64,000 nt of DNA from an uncultured Methanoregulaceae archaeon (GCA_963815065.1 CAWFFE010000006.1:41110-105109), one strand, 5' to 3'; numbered from the stretch's first letter, positions 11,753-23,749 are shown. Numbers and translations: made by a program. The notes: generated from the sequence alone by a model not told the origin.

Positions 11753-12031
11753 TCAGATCCGATCCGTCTTACGGAGCCAGAAGCCAATCGCCAGATACCC
11801 AAAAAATGCGATCAGCAGGGCAATCGTCACGGCAATAATCACCCCGAAATCCCCGGCCACAAAGGAACTGTACATCAGCCGGGCAACCGAGTATATCCCG
11901 AAAAGAAGAACGACCCCCGCACAACAGAGCCCGATAAGCCCCAGGGCTCCGGTAACGACCAGATCATCCATGGAGAATGGTGGGCATCTCCGGAGTATAA
12001 ACTGCTTGGGATCATCCGTATCTCTCCTCAT
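11753..12031 (-). CDS. Small two-TM membrane protein
   Basis: Two hydrophobic segments and a basic C-terminus. ATGA overlap with the glycosyltransferase stop; the real start may be the internal Met. Confidence 0.55.
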   Translation of the reverse strand: MRRDTDDPKQFILRRCPPFSMDDLVVTGALGLIGLCCAGVVLLFGIYSVARLMYSSFVAGDFGVIIAVTIALLIAFFGYLAIGFWLRKTDRI

Positions 12032-13125
12032 CGTTCGAGATACTGTGCAAATACCTGATCATAGAGCTTCCTGACATTCTCTTCGGTCTTTGTTACTTCA
12101 GGAAAGCCTGTGTAGCGCGACTGCCGTGCTATCCGGATGTCGTCAGGAAGGTTGAGACGATACTGGCTCTGTGAATGGAACCACCCCTTCTTTTCATAAT
12201 ACCCGGACAGGTCCTCCTGCTCTGTCTGACCGGGAGTCGGGATGAAAAGGGCATGGCGCTTCCCGAGCTCGGCTATCTCCATCATCGATGTGTACCCTGA
12301 ACGACAGATGATAAATTTCGCCCGGTTCATGAGGACTTCTTTACAGGCGGTTGAGGCATAGGGAATGACCCGGCAGGTGTCGGACTGTTCACGGAGGGCA
12401 TGATCTCCCGGGCTGCCAAGCAGGATGACCCGCATCCCCACAAGTCCAGGAACCTGATCCAGCAGTATTTCTTCCAGCCGTTTTCTCTGGGGCTCCGGGC
12501 CTGAAACCATGACCAGGTAATCAAGATCTTCTTCGCCTTCACATCTACGGGTGCTGGTGAGGATCCCGGAGAAATATACCCGTTTCTTTGTCGCGTCGGT
12601 TCCCGGACGGGACAGTTTGCCGGCAAGTGCTGTCCGGGACGGAGGATTATCCGGTACGATGATATGGCGGTATTTCCCGTGATGGAACCCGTTCAATGCG
12701 ACGGCAACGAGTTCTGCCGGCCAGAGGACGAGCGGGAGATGGTAATGGAGCTGGTGGGTGATGAAGACGGAAGGAATTTCCGATGAATAGACCCCCAGAC
12801 GGTTGTCGCTGATGATCAGGTCATAGGAGTCATGGGCAAGAATGCGTTCCAGGCTCTTTCGTTCATCTGAGATCGCTTTTAAGATGAACGGCAGGGAAGC
12901 AACAAATTTCGGGAGAAAAAACCTGCTCGAGCTGTACGGGACAGGATAATCGGGAAATTCGATACACCGGCAGTCTGGAAACTCCTGCTCCAGGACGGCG
13001 AGTGCATTTCCGCAGGCAGCGATGGTCACCTCGTGGTTGTGGTGGAGCAGGTTTTTAATGACGGGTATATCCCGGGTTGCATGCCCCAGCCCCCAGTTCA
13101 GCGGCGAAACCAGCACGTGTGACAT
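12028..13125 (-). CDS. GT-B glycosyltransferase (GT28 C-terminal / MJ1255-like)
   Basis: SPLNWGLGHATR, IISDNR, ITHQ, ICRSGYTSMME and IPTPGQTEQ. Confidence 0.85.
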   Translation of the reverse strand: MSHVLVSPLNWGLGHATRDIPVIKNLLHHNHEVTIAACGNALAVLEQEFPDCRCIEFPDYPVPYSSSRFFLPKFVASLPFILKAISDERKSLERILAHDSYDLIISDNRLGVYSSEIPSVFITHQLHYHLPLVLWPAELVAVALNGFHHGKYRHIIVPDNPPSRTALAGKLSRPGTDATKKRVYFSGILTSTRRCEGEEDLDYLVMVSGPEPQRKRLEEILLDQVPGLVGMRVILLGSPGDHALREQSDTCRVIPYASTACKEVLMNRAKFIICRSGYTSMMEIAELGKRHALFIPTPGQTEQEDLSGYYEKKGWFHSQSQYRLNLPDDIRIARQSRYTGFPEVTKTEENVRKLYDQVFAQYLER

Positions 13126-13277
13126 ATATCATCTCCTCGACAATGTATCAGGAGTTCATCTGCCCTGTTCTTCAAAGATTCGAACCTGATTGAGGATCGA
13201 TCATCCCGCGGGATCCTTCCCGCATGCAAGCTGCTCTGTGGTAGTGTCACATCGTTTCATCCTTACCCGTCTTTCTC

Positions 13278-14114
13278 TTATGTGACAACCGCCTTCTGGA
13301 ATCGCCACCACGCCAGTCCGAACGTGATGGCGGCAAAGACCATGAGCCCAAGATAAGCCGTGAATATATCGGATTGGGTGTACTGGTAGTGCTTCCCGAG
13401 AGCAATGAAATCCGGGCCAATGGCAAAATACCGGATGCCCGTGATCAACAGCGTCATAGGATTGTATATCGAGAGCACTTTTAAGATCTCCGGGAAAGCA
13501 TCGATCGGGTATAGTGCGTTGCTGGCAAAAAATATCGGCATCGTCAGCAGGGTGATGACCCCCTGGAGTCCTTCGGGACTCTCCATGGAAACAGCAATGG
13601 CGGCCGAGAGGAAGAGGAAACCGAGGGCAAACATCCCGACAAATGCGAGGATGCCAATTACCCCCATAACCGTCCGGACGATGCTGAACCCGCTGAAGAA
13701 TGCCGCCCCGATCAGGATTCCAAAGACCATGATGATGATCGCCTGGATAAATGACTTGGTGACCCCCGAGAGGCCGATCCCGAAGATGATGTGATTCCGG
13801 TTCATGGGGCTCGCGAGGATCTCCCGCATCAGTCCCCAGTTCTTGTCAAACAGGATCACGATCCCGCCAAAGAGACTGGTGAACAGGGTCGTCATGGCAA
13901 TGATGCCGGCACCCATGAAGGTAAGGTAGCCGATCGTCTGAACGCCGGGGGTTGCCGGTATTCCTGCGATCAGCTTATCGAAACTGCTCGACATTGCGAT
14001 GCCAAAGAAGGCCAGCCAGAGTGCCGGCTGAAGGAGGGAGGAGACCAGCAGGGTCTTGAACCTGACAAACCGGATCATGTCCCGCCAGTAGATCGTCATA
14101 AATCCATAGTGCAT
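13278..14114 (-). CDS. ABC-2 type exporter permease (DrrB-like)
   Basis: Six TM pattern, LMREILASP, PIFFASNALYP, YNPMT. Directly downstream of the ABC ATPase. Confidence 0.88.
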   Translation of the reverse strand: MHYGFMTIYWRDMIRFVRFKTLLVSSLLQPALWLAFFGIAMSSSFDKLIAGIPATPGVQTIGYLTFMGAGIIAMTTLFTSLFGGIVILFDKNWGLMREILASPMNRNHIIFGIGLSGVTKSFIQAIIIMVFGILIGAAFFSGFSIVRTVMGVIGILAFVGMFALGFLFLSAAIAVSMESPEGLQGVITLLTMPIFFASNALYPIDAFPEILKVLSIYNPMTLLITGIRYFAIGPDFIALGKHYQYTQSDIFTAYLGLMVFAAITFGLAWWRFQKAVVT

Positions 14115-14115
14115 G

Positions 14116-15119
14116 TTACCGTCCTCCTGCCCGCAGGAATGAGGCCTTCGCCGGGCTTTCGTCCCGGAACTCCCTGCCCGGTATAAAAAACAAAAACATC
14201 GTCCATTGACGGTTTCTTCAGATTAATCGTGGAGATCTCGATGCCGGCATTACGAAGAGTGTCAATAATCAGGGGGAGTGCCTTGGACCCGTCCTCATTT
14301 ACTCCCAGGACAAATCCTCTCGTTTTGACCTTTATGTCACGAATGCTGGGAAGACCTTCCAGGACACGGACCGCGGCATCGTTATTGTTTGTTTCAAGAT
14401 AAATCAGGTCACGGCCGAGCGTGTTCTTCAGTTCCCAGGGTCTTCCGGATTTGACGATCCTGCCGTGATCGATGATGCTTATACGATCCGAGAGCTGGTC
14501 AGCCTCGTCCATATAGTGAGTCGTGAGGAAGATGGTTGTTCCTTCGTTATTGACGCCCCTGATGTAATCCCACATCTTCAACCGGGTCTGCGGATCAAGT
14601 CCGATGGTTGGTTCATCAAGGAAGAGCACAAGGGGGCGGGTCATCAGCCCGCGGGCAATTTCGAGGCGCCGTTTCATCCCCCCGCTCAGGTGTTTTGTCC
14701 GCTCGTTCCGTTTACCGGACAACTCGACAAGGACCAGTAATTCTTCTATTCGTTGCCTGCGCTCTTCGACCGGCATATTGTACCAGCCGGCCATGGAACT
14801 CGAGGATCTCCCAGACGGTCATGTCGCGGTCAAGGGTGATATCCTGGAAGACGATACCGATCGATTCCCGGACTTTCTGGGGATCTCTGGTGACGTCAAA
14901 ACCGGCAACCATTGCATTCCCCTTCTGTTTTGCAAGCAGGGTGATGAGAATATTAATCGCGGTGCTCTTCCCCGCACCATTGGGGCCGAGAAATGAGAAG
15001 ATCTCGCCTTTCTTTACCGAGAAACTTATTCCGTCAACTGCCTTGAAATCCTTGTAGGAATGTTCCAGGTTTTCAACAAGAATAATGATTTCGACGTTTT
15101 TTTGCTGGGTATCCGGCAT
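14116..15119 (-). CDS. ABC exporter ATP-binding protein (DrrA-like), frameshifts near 14790 and 14178
   Basis: Walker A GPNGAGKST, signature LSGGMKRR, Walker B LFLDEPT, TTHYMDEAD and C-terminal KPSMDDVF, split over two ORFs. Confidence 0.88.
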
Positions 15120-15515
15120 GTCGTTTCACCTCCCGGAAATACTCCCCCGGCAGGATTTCCGGTACAAAAATACCGGAAATGGATGTTCCGCTTTCTGTTT
15201 CCCGGATAGGGACGTCCATGATTATACTAATCTGGACAGAGAATATATAAACGGTTTATTGATGGCATTCCTGAACTAAAAAAAAGAGAAAAACCGGCAA
15301 ATCATAAAATTCCCGATAATTCAATGCCGTGCCTCAAAAGCAGGCAGGGCGACAGAATGCAAAAAAAAATGAATCGCGTGGTAATCGTGCAAGGGAATAA
15401 TTCATATAGTATGATAAAATAAGGTATAATCCATTATTCATTAAACACATCCATTAGAGGGTGTTGAATAATCTTTTATTCTGGGATCAGAATTGAAGAG
15501 CAGGATGGTTGACCC

Positions 15516-18136
15516 ATGATACTACGATCTGAAAGATTGACAAAGCAGTCTGGATTGCCCGGTGTCCCGGGCAGCTCATGGCGGCTCATGATGATTCCGT
15601 TATTGATCTGCATGATATTCCCCGTCGGGGTCAGTGCCTTTATGTTCCATAACGACACCGCCCATAGCGGGGTGTTTAGTGACGGAGGAACAAGACCGAA
15701 TAATCTCCTTAAATGGAATTATAGTTTTGGAACTTACGGACCCGGCGGTGTGCCGGATGCCAGCGTTTATTCAAGCCCCGCAATAGTGGACGGTGTCGTC
15801 TATGTCGGGAGTCTGGGTAACAACATTATTGCCTTTAATGCGACAACAGGTGCAGTAATCTGGGATTTCGGAACGGGTGGAGATATCCATGCCAGTCCGG
15901 CAGTGGCAAACGGAAAGGTCTATATTACCAGTTACGATACCAAGGCCTACGCCATTGATGCGATTTCCGGAACAGAATCCTGGAATGCAAGCGTTGGGGG
16001 GGCCAGTCATTCAAGTCCTGCAGTGGCGAATGGTGTCGTCTACGTGGGCAGTGACAATGGCAACGTGTACGCCTTTAATGCGACGAATGGTACTTCCGTC
16101 TGGGCTGCTCCTTTCTCTACCGGAGGCATAATTCACTCGAGCCCCGCGGTAGTAAACGGTGTTGTTTATATCGGGAGTGACTCCAACGACACCTATGCTA
16201 TCGACGCGACAACCGGCGCTAAGATCTGGAACTTCACCACCGACGGTGCTGTATATTCAAGTCCGGCAGTTGCGAATGATGTCGTCTACGTCGGGGGCCA
16301 GGATGGCTTTTTGTATGCAATCAATGCATTAACAGGTGCATCCCTCTGGAACTTCACCAGCGCCGGGTCCCAGTATTTATCCAGCCCGGCGGTCGCAGAC
16401 GGTGTCATCTATATCGGGAACAGTGACCACAATTTGTATGCAATTAATTCCACTACACACGCTAAAGTCTGGAATTTCACTACCGGTGGCCGCATTTTGT
16501 CAAGCCCGGCAGTTGCAGATGGCAGAGTATATGTCGGGAGCTATGATCAGAAAGTGTATTGTATTGACACGAACGGTACAAAAATCTGGGAATACGACAC
16601 CGGGCTCTACAATGCCACCTTTGGGATATTCTCGAGTCCCGCGGTATCGAACGGGGTAGTTTACATCGGAGGTGGCGAAGGTAATACGAATATCTATGCC
16701 ATCGGGGATGAAGTTCTAATCCAGGCCCCGGTAGCCAGTTTCACGACAAACACTACGTCCGGAGCTCAACCGCTTGCGGTCCAGTTCAATGACACGTCTT
16801 CCAACACCCCGACCGCATGGAACTGGTCGTTCAGGAATGTAACCGGAAACAACACCCCGGTCTGGTGGAGCACGGCACAGAACCCCACCCAGACGTTTGG
16901 CGTTGGTAATTTCTTGATCGCATTGAACGCGAGCAACAGTGCAGGCAGTAATATCTCAACCCAGGTTACCTTCATCAACGTAACCCCGGCCACCCAGGCC
17001 CCGGTAGCCAGTTTCACGACAAACGCTACGTCCGGAACTCAACCGCGTGCGGTCCAGTTCAATGACACGTCTTCCAACACCCCGACCGCATGGAACTGGT
17101 CGTTCAGGAATGTAACCGGAAACAACACCCCGGTCTGGTGGAGCACGGCACAGAACCCCACCCAGACGTTTGGCGTTGGTAATTTCTTGATCGTATTGAA
17201 CGCGAGCAACAGTGCAGGCAGTAATATCTCAACCCAGGTTACCTTCATCAACGTTACGAACCTAGCAGCAAATCTCACAAGCAAGATCGGCGTTTACCAG
17301 AACGGTCAATGGATCCTCGACTATGATGGTGATGGCATATTCACCACGGGTATTGACAAGATCTACGGGTTCGGCGGAACCGGTTATACATCCGTAGTAG
17401 GAGACTGGAACGGAAACAACACCGATAAGATCGGCGTTTACCAGAACGGTCAATGGATCCTCGACTATGACGGTGATGGCATGTACACCGCCGGTGTTGA
17501 CAAGATCTATGGGTTCGGCGGAACCGGTTATACATCCGTAGTAGGAGACTGGAACGGAAACAACACCGATAAGATCGGCGTTTACCAGAACGGTCAATGG
17601 ATCCTCGACTATGACGGTGATGGCATATTCACCACGGGTATTGACAAGATCTATGGGTTCGGTGGACCCGGCTACACCTCAATAATAGGAGACTGGAACG
17701 GAAACAACACCGATAAGATCGGCGTTTACGAGAATGGTACGTGGGTCCTCGACTATGACGGTGATGGCATGTACACAGCCGGGCATTGACAAGATCTATG
17801 GGTTTGGCGGACCGGGCTACACCTCAATAGTAGGCGACTGGAACGCTGACGGCCGATCCAAGATCGGAGTGTTCCAGAACGGTCAATGGATCCTCGACTA
17901 TGACGGTGATGGCATATACACCGCCGGCGTTGACAAGATCTATGGGTTCGGCGGACCGGGCTACACCTCAATAGTAGGCGACTGGAACGGCGACGGCCGA
18001 TCCAAGATTGGAGTGTACCAGAACGGTCAAATGGATCCTCGATTATGACGGTGATGGCATATACACCGCCGGCATTGACAAAATCTATGGGTTCGGCGGA
18101 ACCGGCTTTACATTTCTTGTTGGCTCCTGGAGTTAA
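15516..18136 (+). CDS. Secreted surface protein: 8-blade PQQ-like beta-propeller, 2 PKD domains, 6 FG-GAP/VCBS-like repeats (frameshifts near 17781 and 18030)
   Basis: Signal peptide (..IFPVGVSA), eight SSPAV..G.VY.G blades, PKD cores (PVASFT..VQFNDTS..WNWSF), 48-aa repeats with DYDGDG/DWNG, many N-x-S/T sequons. The last repeat ends at TAA 18134-18136. Confidence 0.85.
16721..17253 (+). repeat. Near-identical duplicated PKD module (273-bp period)
   Basis: ccaggccccggtagccagtttcacgacaaac at 16721 and 16994, with only a few substitutions across the unit. Confidence 0.95.
17283..18130 (+). repeat. Six 144-bp (48-aa) tandem repeats
   Basis: aagat(c/t)gg(c/a)gt unit starts at ~17283, 17427, 17571, 17715, 17860 and 18004. 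Confidence 0.95.
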
Positions 18137-18400
18137 TCAACTTCCAATTTTTTTATTATTTTATGGTCTTCATCTTTACTCGTGGTATTACCATTTCTCG
18201 TAAAAATCACAGCATTGATTATTGGTGGTATTAACACTGTTTTTACTGCTGGTTCAACCGGAGTCGGACAGTTTCACTGACAGTACTCGTATTTCGTCCG
18301 AATCTGGCAAAATCCACCGCAATCTTCTCAATATGACAATCTCCATGCGCAGATCTACCAATAAGGTTAATCGGACAAAAATACAAAGAGACTGCTGACA

Positions 18401-18793
18401 ATGCCAAAATCCTCCGAAGGAAAGACCCTGGCTAAGCCCGAACCCGATTTCCGTTACAAACAGTGTCTCATCATCCGTAATGATGTGAAAATGTCATGCG
18501 GCAAGCGGTGTGCACAGGCTGCGCATGCATCGATCGGCGCATATAATAATGCTGAAAAATCCCTCCAGAAGTCCTGGCTCTCTGAAGGGCAGAAGAAAGT
18601 AGTCCTCAAGGCGAATGACGAACGGACTCTCTATGAGCTCAAGGTTATTGCCGAACGATCCGGGATCTCATCATCCCTGATCCAGGATGCCGGCATGACC
18701 GAGATCCCGCCCGGAACTATCACCGCACTTGGGCTGGGCCCGGCAAAGAGCGAGGATCTGGATAAAATCACCGGCACGCTTTCCCTGCTATGA
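18401..18793 (+). CDS. pth2: Peptidyl-tRNA hydrolase 2
   Basis: KQCLIIRNDVKMSCGKRCAQAAHA, GQKKVVLK, IQDAGMTEIPPGTITALGLGP. Confidence 0.95.
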   Translation: MPKSSEGKTLAKPEPDFRYKQCLIIRNDVKMSCGKRCAQAAHASIGAYNNAEKSLQKSWLSEGQKKVVLKANDERTLYELKVIAERSGISSSLIQDAGMTEIPPGTITALGLGPAKSEDLDKITGTLSLL

Positions 18794-18883
18794 AATGGCG
18801 AACCGTTTTATGTCTGACCAGATCCACAAAGACCGGAAATAAGAGAATTTTATAAAATAGCATCTGAACGGTTGCGCAATACT

Positions 18884-20157
18884 ATGAAACAGAGTCCCTA
18901 CCCCCTCGAACTCCTGCTTGGCATGAAATATTACGCGAGCGACACCGAGGGTATCGGAGGAAAGCTCCGCACGGACCCGGCAGATTTTATCGTCGAAGAG
19001 ATCCCGGTTGAAAAAAAAGGCGGCAACGCCGGTCCTTTCCTCATCTGCCGGCTCACGAAAACAAACTGGGAACTGCAGCATGCGATAAAGGAGATCGCAA
19101 AACGTCTCGGGATCAGTCACCGGCGTATCGGCTGGGCGGGCACGAAGGACCGGAACGCGGTTACCCGGCAGTTCATCTCGCTCTATAATATCACCACCGA
19201 TCAGGTCGCTGAAGTCCGGCTGAAAGACATTATCCTTGAGCCGGTCGGCCTGTCGAATGAAGGTCTCTCGCTCGGCGATCTGCTGGGCAACCGCTTCGAG
19301 ATCACGATCCGGGACTGCCATCCCGCGGACCTTGAACAACGGGTCCATGCAGTCAGCGGGACGGTTTGCCATGCGGTACCCAACTACTTCGGCCTCCAGC
19401 GTTTCGGCGCGACACGCCCGGTGACCCACCGTGTTGGGGAATGGATCCTGCGGGGGAATTATGAGAACGCTGTTCTTGCCTATGTGGGCCAGGCATTTCC
19501 CGGAGAGCCAGAGAGGGTCAGAGAGATCCGCACAGCATTTTGGGAGACCCGTGACATACCGTCGGCACTGTCCGATCTTCCCCCCCAGATGTCCTACGAA
19601 CGGGCGATGCTCCATTATCTTTACTCGAACCCGGGTGACTACGGGGGAGCCCTCCGGGAGTTACCGCCAAAACTCCTGTCAATGTTTGTCTCGGCATACC
19701 AGTCGTTCCTCTTCAACTGTGCCCTGACCGGCGGATTGACGACGGTCATACCCTCACCGATCCACGTGCCGGTGACCGGCTCCTGTTCTTAAACGGGCGC
19801 ACCGATACCGTCACGGAAACCAATATCAACGCGGTCTCCCTCCACATCCGGCGCGGCCGCTGCAGCATTGCGCTGTTCATGCCGGGCAAAGGCCTGTTTG
19901 ACACAGCCGGTGAAGGAGAGCGTGTGACAGAGGCCCTCCTCGCAGAGGCTGGCATAACAGCGCAGGACTTTGAACGAGCATCGGCATTCGTCAGGACAAA
20001 ATTTGATGGTGCGTGGCGATCGATCGCATTAAGGACCGATATCGAGGCAATGGTAACGAAGAATGATGTGCGTCTGAAATTTTCGCTCCCGCCCGGACAT
20101 TATGCGACCACGGTCTGCCGGGAATTCATGAAGGCAGACCCGGTCTATATGGTTTAA
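18884..20157 (+). CDS. truD: tRNA pseudouridine(13) synthase (frameshift near 19730)
   Basis: DFIVEE, WAGTKDRNAVTRQ, GNRF, PNYFGLQRFG, SAYQSFLFN, and in the second frame FSLPPGHYATTVCREFMK. Confidence 0.92.
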
Positions 20158-20949
20158 GATCGGGAGGCAGGCTATCTTTTTTGCGCCATCGATCGCGTCC
20201 GGTAAATTTCCCAGCTCATCGACAATATTCAGCCCGACGGCATCGGCGCCGCGGATTACCCGCCCGTCATCGATCGCCGATCGCGCTATCGTCCGGTGGG
20301 CGAGAACATCGCCGATAAAGTTCTCGAAACTCTCGTTGACTATCTTCTGCGCATAGGCCTCCTCATCTGCCGAGAGCGGGCGTGAGGTTGAACCCATGTC
20401 TTTTTTGCTGCCCGATTTGACGATACTGATATTATAGCCTTCTTTTTCGTTAAAGCGGCTGATATCCGAGAACGTCCAGATAACACCCACCCCGGCAGTA
20501 AATGTGTCCGGGCTGGCATAAATCCTGTCAGCGTGAACACTCACGTAGTATGCAGCCGAGGTAGCCAGGTCTCCCATGGAGACAACCACCGGCTTTTTTG
20601 CCCGGGCGTAATCCATATCCCGGATAATCTCCTGTGCAGCTGCCGGGGTGCCCCCCGGGCTGTTTACCCGCAGGACAATTGCCTCGATCAAGGGGTCATC
20701 TGCAGCAGCGCGGAGCTCGCCACCCACCACTTCGCTTCCTATCGTATTCTCATCTGATGCAAGCCCTGTCACCAGGGTTCCCTCCATCCGGATAACACTG
20801 ACCCCGGTCCGTGCCGAATGCGAGAGATAATAGGCGGTAATGATCAGACCGGTCACGAAAATGAGCCCGAAGAGGATGAGCAGAAACCACTTCGTTGCCC
20901 GGCCCGGTTTTGGGTGAACCGTCCCGGAAGGTTCCATGGTGCTGGTCAT
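20154..20949 (-). CDS. sppA: Signal peptide peptidase SppA (S49), apparent frameshift at the extreme 3' end
   Basis: N-terminal TM, LRVNSPGG, KPVVVSMGDLATSAAYY, KSGSKKD, GLNIVDELG. Removing one base near 20172 gives a stop at 20154. Confidence 0.88.
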
Positions 20950-20951
20950 CG

Positions 20952-21638
20952 TTATACCTCAGGGTAAAGAATGTCAAATTCTGAGACGAGGTTGCTTCCG
21001 CACATGTAAAAGTTCTTCAGGTTGAGACGGATCATTTCATCTTCCGTATTGATATGCATTCCCCCCACCAGCGAAGGGGTATCGGACCCCCCTACAATGA
21101 ACGGCAGGTGGATAAGCCGGATCTCGTCGACGAGTTTATCGTGGAGCATATGCCAGTTCAGGGTAGGGCCCCCTTCGATCATCAGCTTGTTGACCCCGAA
21201 TTTTTCTTTGAGGATCGTTAAGAGGAGCGGAAGCTCGACGTGGGTCTTCCCGGCGACGATAACATGGGCACCTTTCTTACGGATCGCCTCAACGCGGTCC
21301 TTCGGAGCCGCTTCGCAGACAGCGATTGCAGTTGGTGCGTCGGGACCAAGCACGTTTGCATCAAGCGGGAGGTCAGCCATGCTGCTGGGAATTACCCGCA
21401 GCGGGCTTTTGCCCGGAACCAACCGCACGGTAAGATAGGAATTATCAATACGGATGGTGTTGGCCCCGACCATGATAGCATCGTATCCTGCCCGCGTTGT
21501 ATGCAGGAGTACCTCGGTTTCCGGTGCCATATATTTCATCAGAATCTTTGAAGAAGCTCCTTTCTTCAGGGTGAGTTTGCCGTCAGCAGTGATCTCCGAC
21601 ATCATCAGCACATGCGGACGGTCCTTCTTATCGGTCAT
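20952..21638 (-). CDS. RibD C-terminal / dihydrofolate-reductase-fold pyrimidine reductase family protein
   Basis: RPHVLMMSEITADGK, DAIMVGANTIRIDN, LMIEGGPTLN, LVDEI. Confidence 0.85.
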   Translation of the reverse strand: MTDKKDRPHVLMMSEITADGKLTLKKGASSKILMKYMAPETEVLLHTTRAGYDAIMVGANTIRIDNSYLTVRLVPGKSPLRVIPSSMADLPLDANVLGPDAPTAIAVCEAAPKDRVEAIRKKGAHVIVAGKTHVELPLLLTILKEKFGVNKLMIEGGPTLNWHMLHDKLVDEIRLIHLPFIVGGSDTPSLVGGMHINTEDEMIRLNLKNFYMCGSNLVSEFDILYPEV

Positions 21639-21807
21639 CGCCACTCTCTTTGTCTCCGGATACATGTTAGCGGGGGATATAAAGAATCTGACGATGGCAC
21701 TACCGCAAAAGATCGGAAATTCCTGAGGAGCCGGCGATCTGCACGGGCCTCATTTATACGACGTAAAACAACAACTATTAATGGCTCGCATACGCATGAA
21801 TTAGTTT

Positions 21808-22440
21808 ATGAATATTACTGCACTCCGTCCAAGATTTATCAGGTATCTTGAACCGGTCGCAGATATTTTTGTCAGGCTCCACATCACCCCTAACCAGATC
21901 TCCCTGTTAGCACTTGTCGCCGGCTTTGCCTGTGCCGTTCTTTTCTTCCAGCGACACTTTCTCTGGGGGACGCTGGCACTCATCCTTTCGGCGATCTTCG
22001 ATCTTGTGGACGGAAGTGTTGCCCGAAAGACCAATGCGCATTCAAACTTTGGTGCAGTTTTTGACTGGATCGTCGATAAATATGTAGATGCCATTGTCCT
22101 GTTGGGTGTCGGTTTATCCGGCATCGCGATTATCAGCCGGTATTTTGCCGTACCGCCATTTACCGATTTTGCTTTTGTGGCCTTCGCCATCATAGGATCC
22201 CTGATGAACACGTTCATCAAGCCGGTGGTCTACGCAGAGATCGGCTACCGGGAGAAAGTGGAAGGGAAGATCGATGACCCGCTCGAAGGAATAGGCTTTT
22301 TCGGGCGACCGGAGACCTTCGTTGTCCTGATCCTTGGCGGCATAACCGGGTTCATTGGGATATCCGTGATCATTATCGCGGTATGCACGAACCTGTCAGC
22401 AATCCAGCGGATTATTTACCTTTACCGAACGCTCGCCTGA
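21808..22440 (+). CDS. CDP-alcohol phosphatidyltransferase (archaeal phospholipid synthase family)
   Basis: TPNQIS and the signature DLVDGSVARK..SNFGAVFDWIVD. Confidence 0.9.
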   Translation: MNITALRPRFIRYLEPVADIFVRLHITPNQISLLALVAGFACAVLFFQRHFLWGTLALILSAIFDLVDGSVARKTNAHSNFGAVFDWIVDKYVDAIVLLGVGLSGIAIISRYFAVPPFTDFAFVAFAIIGSLMNTFIKPVVYAEIGYREKVEGKIDDPLEGIGFFGRPETFVVLILGGITGFIGISVIIIAVCTNLSAIQRIIYLYRTLA

Positions 22441-23260
22441 TCTCCCCGGAATAAATCCGGTAGATGTCATCGGCAAAGGATCCCAGTTTTGGAATGATGG
22501 TGAAAAGACCGTAGGCAATTACCACGAGGCAGACGAGCGCGAGCAGTTCGGCGATTACATTGTGTGCCCAGAAGAAACTCTCATAGCCGAATTCGCCGTT
22601 ACTGGCGATGGACGGGTAGTAGGGGAACCATTGTTCGGTATAGGCAATAATGACAAAGACATTGCGCAGCAGGTTCAGGATATAGATGGTCGGGACGATC
22701 AGGAGGAAGGCCAGGATCTTCTGGCGGATTGTTGTCGGTACCGCTGCTGCCACCCCGAGCATGATCGCGATGCTCTGGATACCGGTGCATGCGAGGATAA
22801 TTTCAACACGGAACGAATTCCGGGAGATGATGTTCCAGTCAGCAAGCGTTACAGAGAACTTGAGAGCATCGAGAATTCCGGTAACCTGCCCGACCACAAC
22901 ACCGATGAGCCAGTCGCCCGGCGCCGGCCAGCTGCCTATCGCCGGGATATATTCAAAGGGTGCATAGATCAGGAATGCTACCGCAGCTGCCCGGGTGAGA
23001 TGCATGACACGGTCATCTTCGGCCATGAGATACTTCGAAGTAATGAACAGGAAAGGCACCGACAGGACCGCCATAATCGGATACAGGAAATTATTGAGCG
23101 AGAAGTAGTAAGGGAGCTCGACGAACAGGAACAGGACAATGAACGTCCACCCGATAATTGCCGCATATTTCCGGTGACGTCCGGGAACGAGGAATGCGAG
23201 GAATCCGATGCAGGAGATCAATACAAAATAATACTCGATCTGCACCAGGTCCTCAAACAT
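22412..23260 (-). CDS. artA: Archaeosortase A
   Basis: Multi-TM protein with catalytic triad motifs IILACTGIQS, LNLLRN and FFWAHN. Confidence 0.9.
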   Translation of the reverse strand: MFEDLVQIEYYFVLISCIGFLAFLVPGRHRKYAAIIGWTFIVLFLFVELPYYFSLNNFLYPIMAVLSVPFLFITSKYLMAEDDRVMHLTRAAAVAFLIYAPFEYIPAIGSWPAPGDWLIGVVVGQVTGILDALKFSVTLADWNIISRNSFRVEIILACTGIQSIAIMLGVAAAVPTTIRQKILAFLLIVPTIYILNLLRNVFVIIAYTEQWFPYYPSIASNGEFGYESFFWAHNVIAELLALVCLVVIAYGLFTIIPKLGSFADDIYRIYSGEIRRAFGKGK

Positions 23261-23428
23261 TATAGGATTATTCATACCCGAAACCAAAAAAAGGATTCTG
23301 AAGGAACCCAGAAACATCAGACCTTATTGAGTGGCAGACAGGCCGGATCTTCTCAGACCGTAATGGCTTTTTTTTTGGATTCTCACGATAAAAGGGTTAA
23401 TCTTCTCTGCTCACGCATTGTTATACCG

Positions 23429-23740
23429 ATGTTCTGTCCTGAATGCAAGAGCATGCTTATTTCGTCGGGGGGCCAGTTGAAATGCCGGAAATGTGGCTAT
23501 ATCCGGAAGATTGATGACACCGATCAGATGAAGCGCAGCGTTGCGCGCAGCGAAAATGAGATCGTGATCGTTGAGGAGGAAGGTCAGGCAAAGACCATGC
23601 CCACCATCCAGATAAAATGCCCCAAATGCGAGAACAATCTTGCAATCTGGTGGCTTCGTCAGCTCCGGGCAGCCGACGAGAGCGAAGTACGGTTCTTCCG
23701 CTGTACCAAGTGCGACCATACCTGGCGGCAATACGACTGA
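23429..23740 (+). CDS. tfs: Transcription elongation/cleavage factor TFS
   Basis: MFCPECKSML..CRKCG N-terminal ribbon, CPKC..QLRAADE..RFFRCTKC C-terminal ribbon. Confidence 0.95.
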   Translation: MFCPECKSMLISSGGQLKCRKCGYIRKIDDTDQMKRSVARSENEIVIVEEEGQAKTMPTIQIKCPKCENNLAIWWLRQLRAADESEVRFFRCTKCDHTWRQYD

Positions 23741-23749
23741 TTTCAACGG

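Noticed and set aside
17283-18130. Repeat variation as a diversity-generating retroelement TR/VR pair
   Set aside because: No reverse transcriptase in the window. Differences are not adenine-specific and fit tandem domain duplication.
22562-23428. 392-aa ORF fused to TFS
   Set aside because: The upstream part is the antisense shadow of artA. TFS starts at ATG 23429.
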